A DNA stretch of 64,000 nucleotides. Origin: Marinobacter sp. (GTDB taxonomy: Bacteria; Pseudomonadota; Gammaproteobacteria; Pseudomonadales; Oleiphilaceae). Positions 60,101 through 64,000 of this stretch are shown here, in pieces. Position 1 is the first letter of the stretch; the number at the start of each line of letters is the position of its first letter. The stretch spans positions 21,161 to 85,160 of the forward strand of contig NZ_DATFKH010000120.1 in NCBI RefSeq assembly GCF_035268745.1, written 5' to 3'. A program made the translations under genes and the position numbers. The notes under the pieces are model-generated. The model saw nothing but the letters and a program-made list of their open reading frames with translations. It searched no databases and was not told the DNA's origin.

Positions 60101-61614
60101 ACCTCAGGGAAACCCTGTCTGACCGGGTAAGAGACACCGAAACCCTGTTGGTGCAGCAGTCACGGATCAATACCGAACTGCAGGAAGGTCTGATGAAGAC
60201 CCGGATGATTCCATTTGCCTCCATGGTGCCAAGACTGCGCCGGATTGTGCGTCAGATCAGCGGTGAACTGGAGAAAAAGGTCGAGTTCGACGTTCGCAAC
60301 CCCGAAGGTGAAATGGATCGCAACATTCTCGAGCGCATGGTGGCGCCGCTTGAGCACATGCTGCGAAATGCCCTCGACCATGGCATCGAGAAACCTGCAG
60401 ATCGCAGAAAATCCGGTAAACCTGAAACCGGCGAGGTGACGCTGTCGCTGAACCGTGAGGGTGGCGACGTGGTGCTGCGGATGATTGATGACGGCGCCGG
60501 TATTCCCGCCAACGTCATCCGCGACAAGGCTATCCGCCAGGGCATGCTGGATCAGAACGAGGAACTGAGCGAGCGGGAAATCCTGCAGTTTATACTGCAG
60601 CCCGGCTTCTCTACCGCCCAGCAGGTCACCCAGATTTCCGGCCGCGGTGTCGGCATGGATGTCGTTGCCAGTGAGATCAAGCAACTGGGCGGCAGCCTGG
60701 ATATTGACTCCACCGTCGGCAAGGGCACTGTCTTTACCGTTCGCCTGCCATTCACGGTATCGGTCAACCGGGCACTGATGGTCTCTACCGGCGAGGATTT
60801 CTACGCCATCCCGCTGAACACCATCGAAGGTATCGTGCGGGTCAGCAGCTATGAGCTGGAAGAGTATTACAAGCCTGAAGCCCCGCTTTACGAATACGCA
60901 GGTCAGAATTACCGGCTGCAGTATCTCGGCAGCCTGCTTAACAGTGACAATCACCCGAAACTTCAGGGTCAGGCCCTGCCACTGCCGGTAATACTGGTTC
61001 GTGGTGCAGAGCAGCCGATGGCCCTCCAGGTAGACAGCCTGATGGGCAGTCGCGAAATCGTGGTCAAATCCCTGGGCCCGCAGTTCGCTACCGTCCGGGG
61101 CGTGTCCGGCGCCACTATTCTGGGTGACGGCAACGTGGTGGTGATCCTTGACCTGCCAGCGATGATCCGCTCCGATATCCTGTCCGAGCGTCAGCGCCTG
61201 GCCAGCCTGGAAGATGCCAAAGAAGCCAGCCGCAAGGCAGGGCAGGTTACGACCGTCATGGTTGTGGACGACTCGGTAACCGTACGCAAAGTGACTTCGC
61301 GTCTGCTTGAGCGCAATGGAATGGAGGTGGTGACCGCCAAAGACGGCCTGGATGCGGTTGCCCAGCTGCAGGGCAACCGGCCGGACATCATTCTTCTGGA
61401 CATCGAAATGCCCCGGATGGACGGTTTTGAAGTCGCAAGCTTCGTCAGACATGATGACGCTCTGAGGGAAACACCCATATGCATGATTACCTCCCGTACC
61501 GGTGAAAAACACCGGGAACGGGCACTGTCCATTGGTGTTAATGAATACCTTGGCAAACCCTTCCAGGAATCGGAGCTGCTCCAAACCATCAAGCGGCTGA
61601 CCGGTAACCAGTAA
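54151..61614 (+). CDS. chpA: Multi-Hpt hybrid histidine kinase ChpA
   Basis: 2487 aa. Six HTLKG Hpt motifs, CheA core (LEHMLRNALDHG, SGRGVGMDVV), CheW and receiver domains. Confidence 0.95.
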   Translation: MVMGNHHDSIALDWVRGEIQDTLTQSQQALETFVDNRDDKARLRFCLNYLHQVHGTLQMVELYGAALLTEEMEKLTQAILNNNLTNTDDAVEVLMQAILQLPQYLEHLTSSEDDFPLILLPLLNDLRAVRGEPLLSDTSVFKPDLSPAQKGAPANVSQRLQDPKVRGHLRKLRQMFQFALAGVVREADLDAHFDYMQKVIDRLIRLCRNTPRGELWKAAGGFVETLQERVNPVNAAVKSLLRELDADIRNLTDDRNDILRQAAPEALLKHLLYYVARARELDTSRVKALREAYGLSHALPSDDDVNIAQERASGPGRDAIHSVVNALNEELARLKDQLDLFVRSSSRQNEELDELLPGLRQIANTLAVLGLGIPRKVVTEQIELVEKLSSQQDVVDDGTMMDIAGALLYIEASLAGLDSDRKPDSGQAGKDSDPVNPASRELGQASSALLRESRNTLEQVKSAVINFIASQWEAREIEHVPGLLHSIRGGLALIPLDRVADMLASAERYVTDVLLGGKQIPDWKQLDTLADAITSIEYYLERVADGIGDNESVLRLAESSLRELGFPVGEEPTWEHPSDIADLPTISPEAPVEAGNGSAKASDTELLDDEILGIFIEEAEEVLETIDEFYPRLRQSPDDREALTEVRRAFHTLKGSGRLVGASSIGELAWSVENLLNRVIDQTLKPTDDMFRLIDQVHSRIPSLIQEFRNGESTGDVQALIERAEALSTTRKTDSEGAAVQPAADDAREPDSDSEDELIDDEILEIFNEEAGEVLETIRQYLPALLRNHEDRTALSELRRAFHTLKGSGRMVGALVVGELSWSVENMLNHVIDGTLFMNDDIAAVLDEVSAELPGLVEDFEKQRPPSTDTAALEARAHALASGDIPDTSAMPESGPDQATPVADSTSGRPEPAAETAEPIDPVLLEIFESETEAHLQTLKDFLEATGDKSSVAYTDDLSRALHTLKGSAQTAGIGPIARVITPLERFVKEARAQNHRADRDVIKLIEQACSFITEGLGQIAENPQSELPGTDAFLHKLEAVANATLQSATSEHDEARPRTSPQLVQLFLNEGLDILLDADRILDEWAAQPDRTRPRDILREELSRLTDGARKAQLPDVAELSETILRAYERTASSALQPDEDYFFIVRAAHEHLINMMDQVAAGLATEFSKPLIEDLDSLATGQPAAPEPANKLDPESSDAPGATDHSPASEVGLPGDSVAADSKVPPLPETDEEMDDELAAIFLEEARELIDSTADSLQSWSEHTGNTELLQLLQRNLHTLKGGARLADISPVGDLSHELESLFEGLTENRLPVTSSLSDLLFRCHDRLAGMVEALEQQEAPRPAPDLISDIRAYMDSVTGAGPVTGVSTQYGVSDDQQLPIPDSGETAPEPDYHDPAQSESPAEPDRDELKAADLSHLDPELVEIFLEEAYELINSTGSLLQTWTENPSDRNVAAELQRDVHTLKGGARMAGINAIGDLTHVLEDLFEKVAQGQLDASAGMNNLLFACHDRLAQMVEEVATGRPCPPAHELVHRIKAILAGQSVDAEGPEQTPTLAGAMPDPSANDLVGIFLDEGLEIHEAIGECLAQWRDDPHELQGVTQLQQELRTLRGGARLSDLDPVAELAGVWADALDPLIAGVGNQNDLLQLSEQAQTTLRHMLTSIEEGNKPVSNVELTRAFESSHRTAEAVDSPGLEQTAESEAVDAEVLEIFLEEADEILEQLEQLLSDWYKDLSNSHFNLEAQRALHTLKGGARLSQLFALGDKAHEMETRLIDLGGNKPDEDSWRSIQADHEGITALVNDIRQRFESTGTVPPIADAEAAPASAAPVPGPEAKTPAASAPAHQADKAAAPAPKPSSKKAPAERTRARAGAQRTPQETIRVSAPLLDEMVNLAGETSITRARLEQQTSDFSHNLDEMTATIERVREQLRRMEIETETQILFRAEKEHGPDYGDDFDPLEMDRYSAIQQLSRALTESTSDLADLRETLSDRVRDTETLLVQQSRINTELQEGLMKTRMIPFASMVPRLRRIVRQISGELEKKVEFDVRNPEGEMDRNILERMVAPLEHMLRNALDHGIEKPADRRKSGKPETGEVTLSLNREGGDVVLRMIDDGAGIPANVIRDKAIRQGMLDQNEELSEREILQFILQPGFSTAQQVTQISGRGVGMDVVASEIKQLGGSLDIDSTVGKGTVFTVRLPFTVSVNRALMVSTGEDFYAIPLNTIEGIVRVSSYELEEYYKPEAPLYEYAGQNYRLQYLGSLLNSDNHPKLQGQALPLPVILVRGAEQPMALQVDSLMGSREIVVKSLGPQFATVRGVSGATILGDGNVVVILDLPAMIRSDILSERQRLASLEDAKEASRKAGQVTTVMVVDDSVTVRKVTSRLLERNGMEVVTAKDGLDAVAQLQGNRPDIILLDIEMPRMDGFEVASFVRHDDALRETPICMITSRTGEKHRERALSIGVNEYLGKPFQESELLQTIKRLTGNQ

Positions 61615-62666
61615 TGGCCAGCGCGTCAGAACGACCACAGGTGGGAATTGTTTCTGACATTATCCTGCAACGTCATCGTCTCCAGGACGCCACGAACCGG
61701 TTCGGCCTGGAGATCTGTTTTTCCGGTGATCCGGCGAAGCTGATGGCATACCCGGACTTTCCGGATGCCAGCCTCTGGCTGATTACGCTGGAAGATGAGG
61801 CGGATCACCCCCAACTTTTCGACCACATTCTGGAAAATACCGAAGCGCCGGTTCTGTTCGGACTTGATACCGCACCCAGTGCCGGCTCCACCGACTATTT
61901 TCGCTGGGAACGGCGATTGCTGGACAAACTGGAGCAATCGCTGGGTCATCTGGAAAAGCTGGATTCCGCCGCTACCATCGAGAAACTGGCCGAGGAGTCT
62001 GCCCGAACAACCGGTGCACCAGCCTTACCCTGCTGGATCCCCCCGGCCGCACCCAGTTCCATTGCCGACGAGATCTGGATCCTGGGAGCGTCGCTTGGAG
62101 GGCCCGCAGCCGTCAAGACCTTCCTCGACAACCTGCCGGCGGATCTGCCAGTGGGATTTGTCTATGCTCAGCACATTGATGGCAATTTTACCCGGGTTCT
62201 GACCCGGGTTCTGGGCCGCCATGCCCATTATCAGCTAAAAACAGCCGAATCCGGCTACCGTATCCGCAATGGCGACGTGGTGCTTATGCCAGTCGAGCAT
62301 GAGTGGACGCTCGACAGCGACGGCGCACTGGAGCAGCGGGACAAGCCCTGGCCGGGACCCTACGGACCTTCCATCGACCAGGTTCTGCTGAATCTGGGTG
62401 ACCACTATAGCGACAGGTGCAACGCCATTTTTTTCTCGGGAATGGGAAATGATGGCGCCATTGCCGCCCCGTTATTGAAGGCCTATGGCGGCCGGGTCTG
62501 GGTTCAGGAAAGCACCAGTTGCGACAACAGTTCCATGCCCGACTCTGTCGCCGCTACCGGATGCGCCGGATTCTGCGGAACACCAGAGCAACTTGCCCGG
62601 GAACTGGTCAACACCATTGAAAAATCCTGCTTGCTGAAAAGCCGCGAGCAACCGGATTCCGCCTGA
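61614..62666 (+). CDS. chpB: CheB-type methylesterase ChpB
   Basis: GASLGGP, AQHID, SGMGNDG catalytic triad. Confidence 0.9.
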   Translation: MASASERPQVGIVSDIILQRHRLQDATNRFGLEICFSGDPAKLMAYPDFPDASLWLITLEDEADHPQLFDHILENTEAPVLFGLDTAPSAGSTDYFRWERRLLDKLEQSLGHLEKLDSAATIEKLAEESARTTGAPALPCWIPPAAPSSIADEIWILGASLGGPAAVKTFLDNLPADLPVGFVYAQHIDGNFTRVLTRVLGRHAHYQLKTAESGYRIRNGDVVLMPVEHEWTLDSDGALEQRDKPWPGPYGPSIDQVLLNLGDHYSDRCNAIFFSGMGNDGAIAAPLLKAYGGRVWVQESTSCDNSSMPDSVAATGCAGFCGTPEQLARELVNTIEKSCLLKSREQPDSA

Positions 62667-62677
62667 GGAACGATGTA

Positions 62678-63142
62678 ATGAAAGACGATACCGAGACTCT
62701 CTCCTGCGTCATGATCCCGATGAACGACCGACAGTTGTTGCTGCCGAACGTTTCCATCGCCGAGGTAGTGGATTACGCCGGTACCCCGGCGCCAGCCAAC
62801 GCCCCCGGCTGGCTGGCAGGAACGCTTAACTGGCGCGGCCTGAGCCTGCCTATAATCTCCTACGACGGGGCCAACGGCGGCAAGGTCACCTTACCTGCTG
62901 GCAGTCGTGGCCGGATCGTTATCCTGAATACCATTGGTGACCATCACAGCAGGGTTCCGTTTATGGCGCTGGTAACTCAGGGCATTCCGAGTCAGACCCG
63001 GCTTGGCGCGAGTCAGATCAGGCAGATTGAGGGGGAGACCGGTTCAGCCGACCTGATGAGAGTCCAGGCAGACGGCGAAACCGCTTTTATACCGGACCTG
63101 GCTTTCCTGGAATCCCTCGCTGCAGAAGCCCCACAAAAATAA
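62678..63142 (+). CDS. chpC: CheW-like protein ChpC
   Basis: LLLPNVSIAEV, WLAG.L.WRG..LP.ISY. Confidence 0.88.
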   Translation: MKDDTETLSCVMIPMNDRQLLLPNVSIAEVVDYAGTPAPANAPGWLAGTLNWRGLSLPIISYDGANGGKVTLPAGSRGRIVILNTIGDHHSRVPFMALVTQGIPSQTRLGASQIRQIEGETGSADLMRVQADGETAFIPDLAFLESLAAEAPQK

Positions 63143-63175
63143 CCCATGGCCCCGTCGTGGGCACTGGTGAGGGTG

Positions 63176-63196
63176 AATGTTATAATGTTCTACATT
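63176..63196 (+). promoter_or_regulatory. zur promoter: extended -10 overlapping a partial Zur box
   Basis: TGTTATAAT at 63178-63186 inside AATGT-N11-ACATT. The left half matches the Zur consensus AATGTTATA; the right half matches poorly. Confidence 0.45.
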
Positions 63197-63212
63197 TGCC
63201 AGGAACCCGCCA

Positions 63213-63701
63213 ATGTCAGCCAGCGCACTTCCCTACCGCCAGCATAATCACGACGCCTGCATTGCCGACGCCCTGGCGGACGCAAAGTCCATCTGCCAGC
63301 GCCATAACGCCCGGCTGACTGCAGCGCGGGAGCGGGTACTGGAACTGATCTGGCAATCCCACCGCCCGCTGGGCGCCTACGATGTACTGGCAATGCTGGC
63401 CAGGGACGGGCATAACGCAGCACCACCAACGGTCTATCGGGCTCTGGATTTCCTCCAGCAGTATGGACTGGTCCATCGCATTGCGTCCCTGAACGCCTTT
63501 GTCGGCTGTTCCCACGCTGGCATCCGCCACCAGGGCATGTTCCTGATCTGTCATCGCTGCAGTAACGTGCTGGAACTTGCGGCCCCGGCGGTTTCCGAAG
63601 TCATTGACGACGCCGCCTCCGACGTCCGCTTCCGGCCCGATAATGTTACGGTGGAAGTGTCCGGTCTCTGTCCGGCCTGTGCGGATGCAGCCCATGAGTG
63701 A
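63213..63701 (+). CDS. zur: Zinc uptake regulator (Fur family)
   Basis: LGAYDVL, APPTVYRALDFL, VHRIASLNAFVGC, CxxC pairs. Confidence 0.92.
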   Translation: MSASALPYRQHNHDACIADALADAKSICQRHNARLTAARERVLELIWQSHRPLGAYDVLAMLARDGHNAAPPTVYRALDFLQQYGLVHRIASLNAFVGCSHAGIRHQGMFLICHRCSNVLELAAPAVSEVIDDAASDVRFRPDNVTVEVSGLCPACADAAHE

Positions 63702-64000
63702 AGCCCTCGCAACCCTGCAGCAACTGACCGTAGCGTTTGATGGACGCGCCATTGTCGATCGCGTTGACCTGGCCATTTACCGGGGCGACATTATTACCGT
63801 AATCGGCCCCAATGGCGCCGGTAAAACCACCCTGATCAAGGCGATTCTCGGTATCCAGAAACACCAGCAGGGTTCCCTGATATTGCAAACCGGACTGACC
63901 ATTGGTTACGTGCCGCAGCATCTGACGCTTGAGCCAACCCTGCCACTGAGTGTCCGTCGGTTCATGCTACTCAGCGGGCAACCACTCGCTGGCTGTATTG
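63694..64000 (+). CDS. znuC: Zinc ABC transporter ATP-binding protein (truncated by window edge)
   Basis: My translation from ATG 63694: MSEALATLQQL...IGPNGAGKTTL...IGYVPQHL. Overlaps the zur stop. Confidence 0.9.
   Translation, partial: MSEALATLQQLTVAFDGRAIVDRVDLAIYRGDIITVIGPNGAGKTTLIKAILGIQKHQQGSLILQTGLTIGYVPQHLTLEPTLPLSVRRFMLLSGQPLAGCI

Overview
64 kb of GC-rich (about 60%) gammaproteobacterial chromosome, most likely Marinobacter judging by gene order and protein sequences. It is core genome. I saw no rRNA, tRNA, CRISPR array, prophage or transposase. Left to right: a GAF/PAS histidine kinase, acnA, an MCP, an ABC exporter, then an envelope cluster (B-box Zn-finger membrane protein, rhomboid protease, OmpA-domain protein, MAPEG, YeaQ, plsC, a REP-like element, class GN sortase, its VIT-vWA target, PdsR/PdsS). 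Next come a DUF815 ATPase, a spermidine-synthase-like gene, a beta-barrel, a triple-SBP diguanylate cyclase, cysK, ACBP, greB, an OmpR-type two-component pair, rpoH, ftsYEX, rsmD, desA, mutM, yrfG-hslR-hslO, pckA, a PA2779/PA2778 pair, HU, gshB-tonB-algH-yqgF-pyrRBC', pilGHIJK-chpABC, zur and the start of znuC. Best leads: (1) a shared 10-bp-phased direct-repeat box (20/26 identical, 14 bp exact core) in both the rhomboid/OmpA and the sortase-target/pdsR divergent intergenic regions, suggesting one envelope regulon linking sortase, OmpA protein and rhomboid; (2) a candidate ~80-nt sRNA with a CCUCCUCC anti-SD seed upstream of greB; (3) a B-box Zn finger of the kind fused to rhomboids elsewhere, here carried by the rhomboid's neighbour; (4) two GTAG-type REP-like units sharing 29 identical bp. 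Family names come from recognising motifs, not from database searches.
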